NCBI GenBank assembly: GCA_964501575.1
Contig: CAZCTP010000003.1
Location: 10,384-74,383, forward strand
DNA length: 64,000 nt
Origin: an uncultured Thermodesulfobacteriota bacterium
GTDB lineage: Bacteria > Desulfobacterota > CAZCTP01
Direction of reading: 5' to 3'
In this document: positions 22,616 through 33,098 of the stretch, piece by piece
Layout: every line of letters starts with the position of its first letter
Numbering within the stretch: the stretch's first letter is position 1
Notes under the pieces: model-generated
Told to the model about the DNA's origin: nothing
Databases searched by the model: none
The model's input: the letters and a program-made list of their open reading frames with translations, nothing else
Program-made: the position numbers and the translations under genes

Positions 22616-23432
22616 TTATGATAGTTTAATAGAATCTGCGATTAAAGAGGATATTGGCTCAGGTGATATAACTACCTATTCTCTTGAGCTTAGTGATAGG
22701 TATGGAGAAGGATTAATAATAGCTAAAGAAGATCTTATATTAGCCGGTATCGATATAGCAGAAAGAGTATTCAAGATTTTAAATCCCGAAATAATATTTA
22801 ATAAAAATTATATAGATGGAGATGAAGTTAATAAAGGTAGAGTTATAGGTTCAATCAAAGGTAAGGTTGAATACTTACTTGCTGGTGAGAGAGTAGCCTT
22901 AAACTTTCTACAGAGATTGAGTGGAATTTCTACTTTGACAAGAAGATATGTTGATATGGTTAAAGATTATAATGTTAGAATATTAGATACAAGAAAGACT
23001 ACGCCAGGACTCAGGACGTTAGAGAAGTATGCTGTGAAGATTGGTGGAGGGTTTAATCATAGATTTGGGCTTTTTGATGGAGTTCTTATAAAGGATAATC
23101 ATATTAAGGCTGTCGGTGGAATAAGGGAGGCTATTAAAAGAGCGAGGTCTACTATACCTCATACATTAAAAATTGAGGTAGAGGTTAAAGATTTAGATGA
23201 GGTGGAGGAGGCTCTCAATGGAGGGGCTGATATTATAATGCTTGATAATATGTCTATCAATGATATTGAAAGGGCAGTAAATATTATTAATAAGAAAATA
23301 CCTATTGAGGTATCAGGTAATATAAAGCTGGATAATATTATAGAGGTAGCAAAGACAGGGGTTAATTTTATATCAATAGGAGCATTGACACACTCCTCAA
23401 AGGGAGTAGATATTAGCTTGGAGATTATTTGA
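22602..23432 (+). CDS. nadC: Nicotinate-nucleotide pyrophosphorylase (carboxylating)
   Basis: 276 aa; quinolinate phosphoribosyltransferase type II fold motifs (LDTRKTTPGLR, LLDNM). Confidence 0.85.
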   Translation: MKEFNYDSLIESAIKEDIGSGDITTYSLELSDRYGEGLIIAKEDLILAGIDIAERVFKILNPEIIFNKNYIDGDEVNKGRVIGSIKGKVEYLLAGERVALNFLQRLSGISTLTRRYVDMVKDYNVRILDTRKTTPGLRTLEKYAVKIGGGFNHRFGLFDGVLIKDNHIKAVGGIREAIKRARSTIPHTLKIEVEVKDLDEVEEALNGGADIIMLDNMSINDIERAVNIINKKIPIEVSGNIKLDNIIEVAKTGVNFISIGALTHSSKGVDISLEII

Positions 23433-24259
23433 TAGGACTAAAGAATATACTCAATACAGACTTCATTGGAAAAGATATATACTATTTTAAAGAAATAGAT
23501 TCTACAAATAATAAAGCCTATGAGTTAGCTGAAAAGGGAGCTGAGGAAGGAATTGTTATAATAGCTGAATCTCAAACCAGAGGTAAAGGAAGATTAGGTA
23601 GAAGATGGGAATCTCCATATGGTGTAAATTTATATACCTCTATTATATTGAGGCCTCAAATATCACCTAATATAGCTACATTGATAACAATAATGTCATC
23701 TATCGCTGTATCAGATGCTATTAATAAATCTTTTAATATAGTCCCACAAATTAAATGGCCAAATGATATTATTATAAATAACAAAAAGGTTTCTGGAATA
23801 CTAACAGAGATGGATTCTAACATAAGTTTAGTAAATTTTATTATACTTGGAATAGGAGTAAATCTCAATATGGATGTTCCAGAATATTTAAAGGATAAAG
23901 CTATATCTATAAAAGAGATTATGAATAAGGAAGTTTCAAGAGTGGAGTTTACAGCAATTTTGTTTAAGATGATAGAAAAATGGTATAATAATTTTTTGAA
24001 GAAGGGATTTGAATCCATAATATATCCATGGAATAGATATTCTATGATGGAGGGAAAGCTTATAAAGGTTTCATCTCATGGAGAGACTATAGAAGGATAT
24101 TCAATAGGGTTAGATAGGGATGGTGCTCTTATTTTAAGAGATAGAAATGGTATAATAAGAAGAGTTATAGCTGGAGATGTGACAGTTATTCAGGGTGACA
24201 AATACTTCTCCGATTTTCTCAAACAAGAGAATGTAATCAAACAAGAGAATGTAAAATGA
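23429..24259 (+). CDS. birA: Biotin--[acetyl-CoA-carboxylase] ligase, group I (no DNA-binding domain)
   Basis: 276 aa; GRGRLGRRWESP biotin-binding loop; C-terminus ends with an 18-bp tandem duplication (KQENVIKQENVK). Confidence 0.8.
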   Translation: MIGLKNILNTDFIGKDIYYFKEIDSTNNKAYELAEKGAEEGIVIIAESQTRGKGRLGRRWESPYGVNLYTSIILRPQISPNIATLITIMSSIAVSDAINKSFNIVPQIKWPNDIIINNKKVSGILTEMDSNISLVNFIILGIGVNLNMDVPEYLKDKAISIKEIMNKEVSRVEFTAILFKMIEKWYNNFLKKGFESIIYPWNRYSMMEGKLIKVSSHGETIEGYSIGLDRDGALILRDRNGIIRRVIAGDVTVIQGDKYFSDFLKQENVIKQENVK

Positions 24260-24313
24260 GAGTTTATATTTAGAGGATTCAAATAAATTTAAGGCTTCTT
24301 TAGAGAGGCTACC

Positions 24314-25093
24314 ATGCTTTTAGTAATAGATGTCGGTAATACTCATATAGTGTTTGGTGTATATAAAAAGGATAAACTTATAAATGACTGGAGGATAGAG
24401 ACAGATGCTCAAAAAACATCCGATGAGTATGGAACTATTCTAAGATCATTCTTTTTATATAATGATATATCCTACAGAGGGATAAATGATATTATAATAT
24501 CTAATGTGGTTCCTCCACTTCATAATGTGCTAATAGAGATGTCAAGAAAATATTTTAATGTTGATCCAATAATGGTTGAGCCAGGTATAAAGACTGGAAT
24601 GGCAATACTCTGTGATAATCCAAAAGAAGTTGGAGCTGACAGAATTGTAAATGCAGTGGCAGCTTATGAAAAACACAAAAGAAGCCTGATAATAGTAGAC
24701 TTTGGAACAGCAACTACCTTTGACTATGTGAATTCAATAGGAGAATATATAGGTGGTATAATAGCACCAGGAATAATAATTTCATCTGAGGCTCTTTTTC
24801 AAAAGGCATCAAAGCTTCCAAGAATTGAGCTTAAAAAACCTTCTTCCGTAATAGGTAAGAATACTATAAATAGCATGCAGTCTGGTATAATATATGGATA
24901 TGTTGGACTTGTAGATGGGATAATAACTCGTATGAAAGCAGAAGTAAGAGAAGACTCCTATGTAATTGCTACAGGAGGATTGGCTAAAGTTATTGCACCA
25001 GAGACAGCTTCAATAAATGAGATAGACGATTCCTTAACATTGGAAGGATTAAGAATTATATATAACAAAAATAGAAGATCATCTATAAGATAA
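24314..25093 (+). CDS. coaX: Type III pantothenate kinase
   Basis: 259 aa; [11 protein letters not shown] and GTATT motifs of the CoaX/Bvg accessory factor family; classic birA-coaX adjacency. Confidence 0.85.
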   Translation: MLLVIDVGNTHIVFGVYKKDKLINDWRIETDAQKTSDEYGTILRSFFLYNDISYRGINDIIISNVVPPLHNVLIEMSRKYFNVDPIMVEPGIKTGMAILCDNPKEVGADRIVNAVAAYEKHKRSLIIVDFGTATTFDYVNSIGEYIGGIIAPGIIISSEALFQKASKLPRIELKKPSSVIGKNTINSMQSGIIYGYVGLVDGIITRMKAEVREDSYVIATGGLAKVIAPETASINEIDDSLTLEGLRIIYNKNRRSSIR

Positions 25094-25242
25094 AAAATTT
25101 CCTACTATGAGAAAAGCTCCAATTATCAATATAATTAATGGGATAAAAACCGAAATCTCCATTTATCTACCTCCCTTTAAACTATCCAATTTAATATTTT
25201 TAATAAATTTTTAACATAATGTCAAGGGAAATATGGAAATAA

Positions 25243-26292
25243 GTGAAAATAAGTGAAAAAATAAAAATCTTATCCCTTCAGGCAAAATATGATATCTCTT
25301 CACCATATGGAGTATATTATGCTTATTTACAAGGAGGTAAAAAAATTTCTTTGTTTAAGATTCTATTGACAAATATCTGTGAAAAAGATTGTTATTACTG
25401 TGGTAATAGTTCTTTATTGGATATACCAAGGAAAAGTTTCAATCCAGAAGAATTAGCAAAAATATTTATGGAATATTATAATCGTGGTTATGTAGAAGGC
25501 TTGTTCCTTTCCTCTGGTATAGCTAAAAACTCTTTATTTACAATGAGAAGAATGATTGATACAGTGGAAATATTAAGAAATAGATATAAATACAAGGGAT
25601 ATATACACCTTAAAATTCTGCCTGGAGCAGATCTCGGATCTATAGAAAAAGCTATACAATTAAGCGATAGGGTATCTGTAAATATAGAGGCTCCCAATCC
25701 ATGGAGGCTCAAGAAAATCTCATCTATGAAACTCTACTACGAAGAGATATTAAGTATAATGAATCACATAAAAATTATATTAAAAAAGAATCCAGGCCTT
25801 CTTCCTTCAGGGTATACCACCCAGTTTGTTGTTGGAGCATCAAATGAGTCAGATAAAGAGATATTAGTCTCAGTTGATAGATTATATAAAGAATTTAATA
25901 TAAAGAGACCATATTTTAGTCCGTTTAATCCTATACCTAAAACTCCACTTGAGAATCTTATTCAAGTTCCTGTAACAAGAGCTCATAGATTATATCAGGC
26001 AGATTGGCTTTTAAGAAACTATGGATTTAACATAAAAGACCTTATATTTGAGGGAGGGAATCTTCCTGTAAGTCTTGATCCAAAACTTTTATGGGCGAGA
26101 GCAAATCCTCAACTTTTCCCCATAGATATAAATAAGGCTTCTTATCATGAACTTATACTTATTCCTGGAATAGGCCCACTATCCGCTAAAAAAATAATAA
26201 AATTTAGAAGAGAAAAAAAATTTAAAGATACATCTGATTTAAAGAAAGCTGGTTTACCTATTAAGAGAGCTTTGTCATTTATTAAATTATAA
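25243..26292 (+). CDS. Radical SAM protein with C-terminal helix-hairpin-helix (resembles the 'putative DNA modification/repair radical SAM protein' family)
   Basis: 349 aa; CX3CX2C (LTNICEKDCYYCGN) near the N-terminus; C-terminal HhH (ELILIPGIGPLSAKKII). Translationally coupled (TAATG) to the next gene. Confidence 0.55.
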   Translation: MKISEKIKILSLQAKYDISSPYGVYYAYLQGGKKISLFKILLTNICEKDCYYCGNSSLLDIPRKSFNPEELAKIFMEYYNRGYVEGLFLSSGIAKNSLFTMRRMIDTVEILRNRYKYKGYIHLKILPGADLGSIEKAIQLSDRVSVNIEAPNPWRLKKISSMKLYYEEILSIMNHIKIILKKNPGLLPSGYTTQFVVGASNESDKEILVSVDRLYKEFNIKRPYFSPFNPIPKTPLENLIQVPVTRAHRLYQADWLLRNYGFNIKDLIFEGGNLPVSLDPKLLWARANPQLFPIDINKASYHELILIPGIGPLSAKKIIKFRREKKFKDTSDLKKAGLPIKRALSFIKL

Positions 26293-27248
26293 TGAATATT
26301 GGTATATTCGAGTTTTATCTTAGAGCAATAGAAAGAATTCTTTTACCTCCCTATAAAGGTTCAACAATAAGAGGAGGATTTGGTAATGTTTTTAAAAAGG
26401 TTGTATGTGCAATAAAAAATAATAAAATGTGTAATAATTGTATACTTAGAGAGAGATGTATATATTCATATATATTTGAAACCAAGCCTCCTTCAGATAC
26501 GAAAATAATGCGAAAATATGAAAGAGTCCCACATCCATTTATTATAGAGCCTCCATATAAAGACAAAATAGAGTATAATATAGGAGAAATAATTGAATTC
26601 AATCTGATACTTATAGGGAGAGCTATAGATTATCTTCCGTATTTCATATATACCTTTGATGAGCTCGGAAAGATAGGAATTGGAAAGGGTAGGGGAAAAT
26701 ATGAACTGAAAAGTGTTAAGATTCAAAAGTCGATGATCAAAAGTGAAGAAATTTATTCATCTGATACAAAAATTCTTAAACCATTTAAAATAAATCCATT
26801 ATCTTTACAGCCTCTATCTCTTGGAAATGACTTCACCTATCTAAAGAATTTAACCCTTTATTTCCTTACACCAACCCGTATTATTCACAATGGCCATCTA
26901 ATATTTGATCTTGAATTTCATATATTTATAAGAAATTTATTAAGAAGGATTGCACTTATTTATTACTTCCATTGTGGAGGGAGCCCTTTCAAAATACGTT
27001 TTAAAGAGTTAATATATAAAGCAATGGAGATAAAGGTTAGAGATAGAAATCTAAAATGGTATGACTGGGAGAGATACTCAGCAAAGCAGGATATAAAAAT
27101 TAAAATGGGAGGATTTATAGGGAATATAACATTTGAAGGGGATATAAATAAGTTTATTCCTTATATAAATATTGGTGAATATATTCATGTAGGCAAAGGA
27201 ACAAGCTTTGGGCTTGGAAAGTATGAAGTAAGTTATGAAAATTTTTAA
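26292..27248 (+). CDS. Cas6-like RAMP-fold protein (two glycine-rich loops), not CRISPR-associated here
   Basis: 318 aa; C-terminal VGKGTSFGLGKYEV matches the Cas6 G-rich loop pattern GxGxxxxxGxG near the C-terminus; second internal loop GIGKGRGKYEL; N-terminal C-x7-C-x2-C-x5-C cluster. Confidence 0.35.
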   Translation: MNIGIFEFYLRAIERILLPPYKGSTIRGGFGNVFKKVVCAIKNNKMCNNCILRERCIYSYIFETKPPSDTKIMRKYERVPHPFIIEPPYKDKIEYNIGEIIEFNLILIGRAIDYLPYFIYTFDELGKIGIGKGRGKYELKSVKIQKSMIKSEEIYSSDTKILKPFKINPLSLQPLSLGNDFTYLKNLTLYFLTPTRIIHNGHLIFDLEFHIFIRNLLRRIALIYYFHCGGSPFKIRFKELIYKAMEIKVRDRNLKWYDWERYSAKQDIKIKMGGFIGNITFEGDINKFIPYINIGEYIHVGKGTSFGLGKYEVSYENF

Positions 27249-27314
27249 AAATATTTTTTTCAAAAGAAATTAAAAAATTGCCATAAGTTACCTATATCAA
27301 CGTTTAAATTCGCC

Positions 27315-27343
27315 TTGACATAAAAGAATTAAATATTTAAAAT
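27315..27343 (+). promoter_or_regulatory. Candidate sigma70 promoter TTGACA-N17-TAAAAT directly abutting the regulator start codon (leaderless or near-leaderless)
   Basis: TTGACA 27315-27320, 17-nt spacer, TAAAAT 27338-27343; ATG of the sigma-54 activator at 27353. Confidence 0.35.
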
Positions 27344-27352
27344 AGAATTATA

Positions 27353-29329
27353 ATGGGAGTTTATCCTATTAATTTAAATGTATCTGTTGAATCCATATTA
27401 AAGGCAAAAGATAAATTTCTCAGAACAGGATTTATAGATAAAAGGGTTGTTCGTCAAATAATTGCGGATTCCTGGATCAGGTCTAGGGATTTTTACAATA
27501 TAGATCCGGAGAGTATAAATACCTCTACCTATTTAGATGATGCGGAATATAGGGAAAAATTGGATGAAAATGAATATCTTCTTAGATTTTCTATACCATT
27601 CTTAGAAAAGCTTATTCCATTTTTAAGAGAGGATGGGTATGTATTAGTATTATATTCAAAAGATGGTTATCATATATATCATTCAGGAGAGCTTTATCCT
27701 AAAGAGAAAAGAGTAATAAAGCTTTATGAAATTCTCAAGCGAGTATGTTGGAATGAGGAATATATAGGTACATCTCCATTTTCATTGGTAAAAAGACTAA
27801 GATCAGCGGTTCAGGTATTTGGACCGGAATATTATTGCAATATAATGTGTAACTTTTGTGGTTCTTTTGCACCTATTATAGTGGAAAACAATGAATTTAT
27901 AGGTGCAATAGGGATTACTTCCTATGGTAAGATACCTCACCCCCATACATTGGGTATAGCCATATCCGCTGCTTCAGCTATAGAGAATCATATAAAGCAT
28001 GAAAGAGTGAATGAAAGATTAAGATTTTATATTGAAAATATAAGGATTACTCTTAATTCCATGAAGGATGGTCTTGTGTGGACAGATGAAAATGGGAAGA
28101 TCATAGAGATAAATGAATCTGCTATAGAAATGCTCGGTATTATAGGAAAGGACGTAAAGGGTAAAAATGTTAAAGATATAGTTAATTCCTATCCTTCGTT
28201 ATCTGATTTAATAAAATCAGCGCTTTCTATGAAGAAAGTCCCTTCTGATGAGGAGATTATTGTGGAGTCTATTGATGGAATAAATAGACTCATTACTTCT
28301 ATAACGGCTGTTAAGATAGATGGTGGAGAATATATTGGTACGATTATATCATTAAAAAACATAAAGAGCATTAAAAAGATTGCTAAGAATATTGCATCTT
28401 ACGAAGCTAAGTTTTTACTCTCCGATATTGTAGGAAATAGTAAAACAATCAGAGAATTAAAGGAATATGTTTTACTTATTGCAAGGAGTGATTCTAATAT
28501 ATTAATTGAAGGTGAAAGCGGAACCGGTAAAGAGTTAATAGCTCATTGTATTCATAATTATAGTGATAGGAGTGAGGGGCCATTTGTTCCAATTAATTGC
28601 GCTGCGATTCCTCCGGAATTATTTGAAAGTATCCTTTTTGGATATGAGAAAGGGGCGTTTACGGGGGCCAAAGCAGAAGGAAGCCATGGAAAATTCGAGA
28701 TTGCCAATGGTGGGACACTATTCTTAGATGAAATAGGAGAACTCCCTTTTCATATGCAGTCAAAGCTATTGAGGGCAATATCAGAGGGGAGAATTGAGAA
28801 AATAGGTGGGAGAAGGCCAATAAATGTCGATGTAAGATTAATTTCTGCTACAAACAAATCCTTGCTGGATGAGATAGATAGTGGTAGATTTAGAAAAGAT
28901 TTATATTATAGAATAAATGTTTTTAATATAAAGACTCCTTCTCTTAGAGAGATTATAGATGATATTCCTCTATTAGTAGAATATTTTATAAAAAAATCTG
29001 GGAAGAAAATAAAATATATCTCAGAAGATTTTTATAATGTTCTTAAAGCATATTCATGGCCTGGTAATGTGAGGGAACTTGAAAATATTTTAGAGAGAGC
29101 TATTCATACTAGTAAAGATGGTATAATAGATATTAATTCCCTTCCTGAATATATTATAAACAACCAGGAATTCCTTTTACCTAAAAAGATTTTACCACTT
29201 TCAGAAATAGAGAGGAATGTTATAAAAATGGCTCTCGATATCTGTAAAGGCAATAAGAGTAAATCTGCAAAACTTTTAGGAATAGGAAGAGATACTCTAT
29301 ATAGGAAGATAAGGTCTTATCACATATAA
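27353..29329 (+). CDS. Sigma-54-dependent transcriptional activator (sensory N-terminal domain + PAS + AAA+ sigma54-interaction + HTH)
   Basis: 658 aa; GESGTGKE Walker A, GAFTGA sigma54-contact motif (EKGAFTGAK), C-terminal Fis-type HTH. Confidence 0.85.
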   Translation: MGVYPINLNVSVESILKAKDKFLRTGFIDKRVVRQIIADSWIRSRDFYNIDPESINTSTYLDDAEYREKLDENEYLLRFSIPFLEKLIPFLREDGYVLVLYSKDGYHIYHSGELYPKEKRVIKLYEILKRVCWNEEYIGTSPFSLVKRLRSAVQVFGPEYYCNIMCNFCGSFAPIIVENNEFIGAIGITSYGKIPHPHTLGIAISAASAIENHIKHERVNERLRFYIENIRITLNSMKDGLVWTDENGKIIEINESAIEMLGIIGKDVKGKNVKDIVNSYPSLSDLIKSALSMKKVPSDEEIIVESIDGINRLITSITAVKIDGGEYIGTIISLKNIKSIKKIAKNIASYEAKFLLSDIVGNSKTIRELKEYVLLIARSDSNILIEGESGTGKELIAHCIHNYSDRSEGPFVPINCAAIPPELFESILFGYEKGAFTGAKAEGSHGKFEIANGGTLFLDEIGELPFHMQSKLLRAISEGRIEKIGGRRPINVDVRLISATNKSLLDEIDSGRFRKDLYYRINVFNIKTPSLREIIDDIPLLVEYFIKKSGKKIKYISEDFYNVLKAYSWPGNVRELENILERAIHTSKDGIIDINSLPEYIINNQEFLLPKKILPLSEIERNVIKMALDICKGNKSKSAKLLGIGRDTLYRKIRSYHI

Positions 29330-29517
29330 ATGTATTAATACAATACATTGTCTTATTATAGGATATTTTTATTTATAATTTTTAATCAGTATATGAGAAT
29401 ATTATTTTAATATTTTAGTTGTTTTATTTTTAATCTATTCTAATATTATGTCTTGAAATAATACATGCAAATTCATTCCTCTACACCTTTACCTTTGATT
29501 ATAGATACTTCTTATTA

Positions 29518-29533
29518 TGGCATGATAATTGCA
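29518..29533 (+). promoter_or_regulatory. Sigma-54 (-24/-12) promoter candidate TGGCAT-N5-TTGCA
   Basis: TGGCATgataaTTGCA: GG at 29519-29520 and GC at 29531-29532 with canonical 10-nt spacing. Located 200 bp downstream of a sigma-54 activator gene and about 17 nt upstream of the MoaD-like start. Confidence 0.5.
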
Positions 29534-29549
29534 TAATTATATTTTATAT

Positions 29550-29849
29550 ATGAAAATTAAGGTGAAGTTTTATGGAACAGTTAGAGATATAGTGAAGGAA
29601 AAAGAAGTTGAAATAGAGGGTAATGGAATATTAAACATTATGGACATTATAAATATTTTTATAGAGAGATATGGAAACAGGTTTAAAGAGAGAATTTTAA
29701 CTAATAATGGGAAGCTTCAGAGTTATGTAAGAATATTTATAAATGATGATCCTGTAGATTATAGAGAATTGGATAAGAAACTTATTAACAAAGGAGACTC
29801 AGAGATATTAATATATATATTACCAGCTCAAATGGGAGGATTATTATGA
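29550..29849 (+). CDS. MoaD/ThiS-family beta-grasp small protein with GG followed by two extra residues
   Basis: MKIKVKFYGTVRDIVKEKEVEIEG... aligns with the MoaD N-terminus (MIKVLFFAQVRE...); ends ...AQMGGLL. Stop overlaps the next gene start (ATGA). The upstream ATG at 29529 used by the ORF track would place the promoter inside the gene. Confidence 0.55.
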   Translation: MKIKVKFYGTVRDIVKEKEVEIEGNGILNIMDIINIFIERYGNRFKERILTNNGKLQSYVRIFINDDPVDYRELDKKLINKGDSEILIYILPAQMGGLL

Positions 29850-32413
29850 ATAATATAAAAGAGGATGTATGGATACCATCATCATGTAATATATGCTATG
29901 GAGGCTGTTCAATTTTAGCCCATAGAGTTAATGGGGTTTTAACAAAGATAGAAGGAAATCCAGAGAGTCCTATAGGTATGGGGAGATTATGTCCTAAGGG
30001 AGTATCCGGGATTATGATTTTATATGACCCTAATAGGGTGAATGTCCCATTAAAAAGGACAAATCCTGAGAAAGGATTTGGAGTTGATCCTAAATGGGTG
30101 GAAATTACCTGGGATGAAGCACTTGATACTATTGTAGAAAGGCTTAAAAAGATAAGGGAAGATGATCCAAGAAAGCTCTTCTTTATGGGTACCACAACAT
30201 GTGGGAATACAATGACATCTGGAGGGGTAACATTTATATCTGCCTTTGGTTCCCATAACTTCCTTGTTGGTGGAGGAGGTCTTCATTGTGGAAATGGTGC
30301 TCATCTTTTGAATGGTGTAATGCATGCATCATGGTCTTTAGTTCCTGATTTTGAATATTCTAACTATATTATATATTTTGGAGCAAGCAAAGGACATGCT
30401 GCAGGTCATGCAGCAAATTCTAATGCACAGAAGGCTGCTGATGCAAGGGCAAGGGGTGCAAAGTTTGTTGTTGTTGATCCAATGTGTAATTTTTCAGCAT
30501 CAAAGTCTGTTGAATGGATTCCTATTAAACCTGGGACTGATGGAGCATTCGCAATAGCAATTATAAATATACTTCTAAATGAGCTTAATATATATGATAG
30601 GGAGTATATAAAGAAACATACAAATGGTCCATATCTTATCAGACCCGATGGGTATTACATGAGAGATGAGAATGGAACTCCTTTAATATGGGATCCTGTT
30701 GATAATAGAGCAAAGCCTTACAATGACTTAAGTATAAAAGATCTTTCTATAAAGGGTGAATACGAAATTAGTGGAACTATCTGTAAACCAGGATTTCAGT
30801 TGCTTAAAGAACATGTTAGGAAATATACTCCTGAAGAGGTTTCAAGGATAACAACCATACCTCCAGATACAATAAGAAGAATAGCAAAAGAATTCGGAGA
30901 AGCAGCCCGAGTTGGAAGTAAAATAGTGATAGAAGGGGTAGAGCTTCCCTATAGACCTGCATGTGCAATATATTTTAGAGGAGCCCAGGGGCATAAGAAT
31001 TCTACATTAACGTGTATGGCAATAGAGCTTCTAAATCAGGTAGTTGGGGCTGCTGATGTCCCTGGTGGAGCACTCGGATTTACACCTGTTAGTTATGGCC
31101 ATCCAGATACCGGGAGACCCTATTTTGTTCCAAAGGAAGGGGAGGATGGAATAATGCTTACCGGAACATGGATGGTTCCTCATCTCCCATATCCACCTAA
31201 TGAACCAAGGGTCCCGGAGTCAATAGGGCTTGGAGAACTATTCCCTTTAGGTATGCTTACTCCTCTAACTGTTTCATCTGATCAGGAAGAGCTCTGGGAA
31301 AAGGTTGGACTTCCCTATAGGGTGGAGATGATAATCAATTTTGGATCAAACCCTATAATGAGTGTTGGTAATCCCGGGATAGTTGCTGAATCTATAAAGA
31401 GAATACCATTTATTGTATCCTTTGATATATTTCTTACAGAATTTTCACAATTTGCAGATATAGTTTTGCCTGATGGATGTTATCTTGAGAGGTTTGATCC
31501 GGGTCCAGCGTATCCACCAATTCTTAATCATCCAGCAGGTATGGGTGAATGGGGATGGCCGATAAGACAATCTGTTGTTGAACCGGCTTTTAAGAGAAGA
31601 AATTTTACAGAAGTTATGCTTGAAATTGCGGATAGGATAGGAATGAGAGACGATTTCTATGCTGTATTAAATCTCTTTTACGAACTTAAAGGGCCTTATA
31701 AACTTGATTCTAAAAGAGAATATACCTGGGAAGAGATATGCAACAATATTCTGAAGAATAATTTTGGGGAGGAGCATGATATAAATTGGTTCAGAAAGAA
31801 TGGTATTATAAAGTGGAAGAAAAGAGTTGAAGAGGTATATTGGAGGCCATTCTTAAATGTGAGGGTTCCAATATATTTTGAATATATTAGAAGAGTTGGT
31901 GATAAGGTTAAGGAAATTGCGGATAAATTGGATATTAAGCTCGATTATTCCTATTATCAGCCTTTACCAGATTACAGGCCCTGTGTATCACATCAGGTAG
32001 CTGATGAAAACTATGATTTATATGGATTCTATTACCGGGATGTGTTACACACAAACTCATTTACAATGGAAAATCCATGGCTTGATGAGGCTTCTTTAAT
32101 GAATCAGCATACCTATTATATCTCAATAAATTTGGATACCGGGAGAAAAAAAGGTATAAAGGATGGTGATACTATATTGGTAGAATCAACAAAGGGACGC
32201 AGGATAAAGGGTAAGGTAAAACTTATAGAGGGAATACATCCAGAGTGTCTTGGAATAGCTGCCTGTTCCGGTCATTGGAGTCCAAATATGCCTGTAGCTA
32301 AAGGTAAGGGGGTCCTTTTTAATGAACTCCTTGAGGTAGATCTTGAACATTCTGATCCAGCAAACCTTAATATGGATCTATGTGTTAAGGTGAGAATATA
32401 TAAGGAGGGTTAA
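29846..32413 (+). CDS. Molybdopterin (Mo/W-bisPGD) oxidoreductase catalytic subunit, PsrA/PhsA-like, no twin-arginine signal
   Basis: 855 aa; N-terminal FeS motif C-x2-C-x3-C...C (SSCNICYGGCS...GRLCPKG), MopB domains. N-terminus MNNIKEDVWIPSSC lacks an RR Tat motif. Confidence 0.85.
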   Translation: MNNIKEDVWIPSSCNICYGGCSILAHRVNGVLTKIEGNPESPIGMGRLCPKGVSGIMILYDPNRVNVPLKRTNPEKGFGVDPKWVEITWDEALDTIVERLKKIREDDPRKLFFMGTTTCGNTMTSGGVTFISAFGSHNFLVGGGGLHCGNGAHLLNGVMHASWSLVPDFEYSNYIIYFGASKGHAAGHAANSNAQKAADARARGAKFVVVDPMCNFSASKSVEWIPIKPGTDGAFAIAIINILLNELNIYDREYIKKHTNGPYLIRPDGYYMRDENGTPLIWDPVDNRAKPYNDLSIKDLSIKGEYEISGTICKPGFQLLKEHVRKYTPEEVSRITTIPPDTIRRIAKEFGEAARVGSKIVIEGVELPYRPACAIYFRGAQGHKNSTLTCMAIELLNQVVGAADVPGGALGFTPVSYGHPDTGRPYFVPKEGEDGIMLTGTWMVPHLPYPPNEPRVPESIGLGELFPLGMLTPLTVSSDQEELWEKVGLPYRVEMIINFGSNPIMSVGNPGIVAESIKRIPFIVSFDIFLTEFSQFADIVLPDGCYLERFDPGPAYPPILNHPAGMGEWGWPIRQSVVEPAFKRRNFTEVMLEIADRIGMRDDFYAVLNLFYELKGPYKLDSKREYTWEEICNNILKNNFGEEHDINWFRKNGIIKWKKRVEEVYWRPFLNVRVPIYFEYIRRVGDKVKEIADKLDIKLDYSYYQPLPDYRPCVSHQVADENYDLYGFYYRDVLHTNSFTMENPWLDEASLMNQHTYYISINLDTGRKKGIKDGDTILVESTKGRRIKGKVKLIEGIHPECLGIAACSGHWSPNMPVAKGKGVLFNELLEVDLEHSDPANLNMDLCVKVRIYKEG

Positions 32414-32414
32414 G

Positions 32415-33086
32415 ATGGTGAGATATGGGATGGTTATAGATCTCTTAAGATGCATAGGATGTTTCGGATGTCAGCTTGCATGCAAGGCTGAGAATGCCAC
32501 TCCAAAGGGAATTCTATGGGCAAGGGTTGAGGAGAAGGAGATAGGTAAATTTCCATCTGTAAGGAAAATATATCTTCCTCTGCTCTGTATGCATTGTAGA
32601 GAACCTGAGTGTGAAAAGGTATGTCCTACAAAGGCAACTACGAAAAGAGAAGATGGAATAGTGGATATTGATGATACAAAGTGCATAGGGTGTAGATATT
32701 GTATGACAGCATGTCCATATGGGTCAAGATATTTCATGGATGGAATTAAAAGTTATTTTGATAATGCTATTACTCCATATGAGGATTTTGGATATAAAAA
32801 GTGGCAAAAGGGTGTTACAGTTAAGTGCAATATGTGTAAGGATAGGATAGAGAACGGAATAAAGAGGGGGTTAAACCCTGGGATTGATAGAGCCGCAACC
32901 CCAGCCTGTGTGATAAACTGTATGAGTAAAGCGAGATACTTTGGAGATCTTGATGATCCAACGAGTGAAGTTTCAAGATTGATTGCAACTGGTCAGGCAT
33001 TTCAACTGCTTCCAGAGATAGGAACAGATCCTCAGGTTTATTATTTAGCCCCTGGAAGACTGATGCCTATACAATCACCACCATAG
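32415..33086 (+). CDS. 4Fe-4S ferredoxin-type electron-transfer subunit (PsrB/DmsB-like)
   Basis: 223 aa; four Cys cluster motifs (CIGCFGCQLAC, CMHCREPECEKVC, CIGCRYCMTAC, CNMCKDR...). Confidence 0.85.
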   Translation: MVRYGMVIDLLRCIGCFGCQLACKAENATPKGILWARVEEKEIGKFPSVRKIYLPLLCMHCREPECEKVCPTKATTKREDGIVDIDDTKCIGCRYCMTACPYGSRYFMDGIKSYFDNAITPYEDFGYKKWQKGVTVKCNMCKDRIENGIKRGLNPGIDRAATPACVINCMSKARYFGDLDDPTSEVSRLIATGQAFQLLPEIGTDPQVYYLAPGRLMPIQSPP

Positions 33087-33098
33087 GGAGGTTTTGAT

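Noticed and set aside
26292-29528. Looked for a CRISPR array or further cas genes near the Cas6-like gene
   Set aside because: No regularly spaced direct repeats anywhere in the window; flanking genes are a radical SAM protein and a sigma-54 regulator, so the Cas6-like gene is an orphan.
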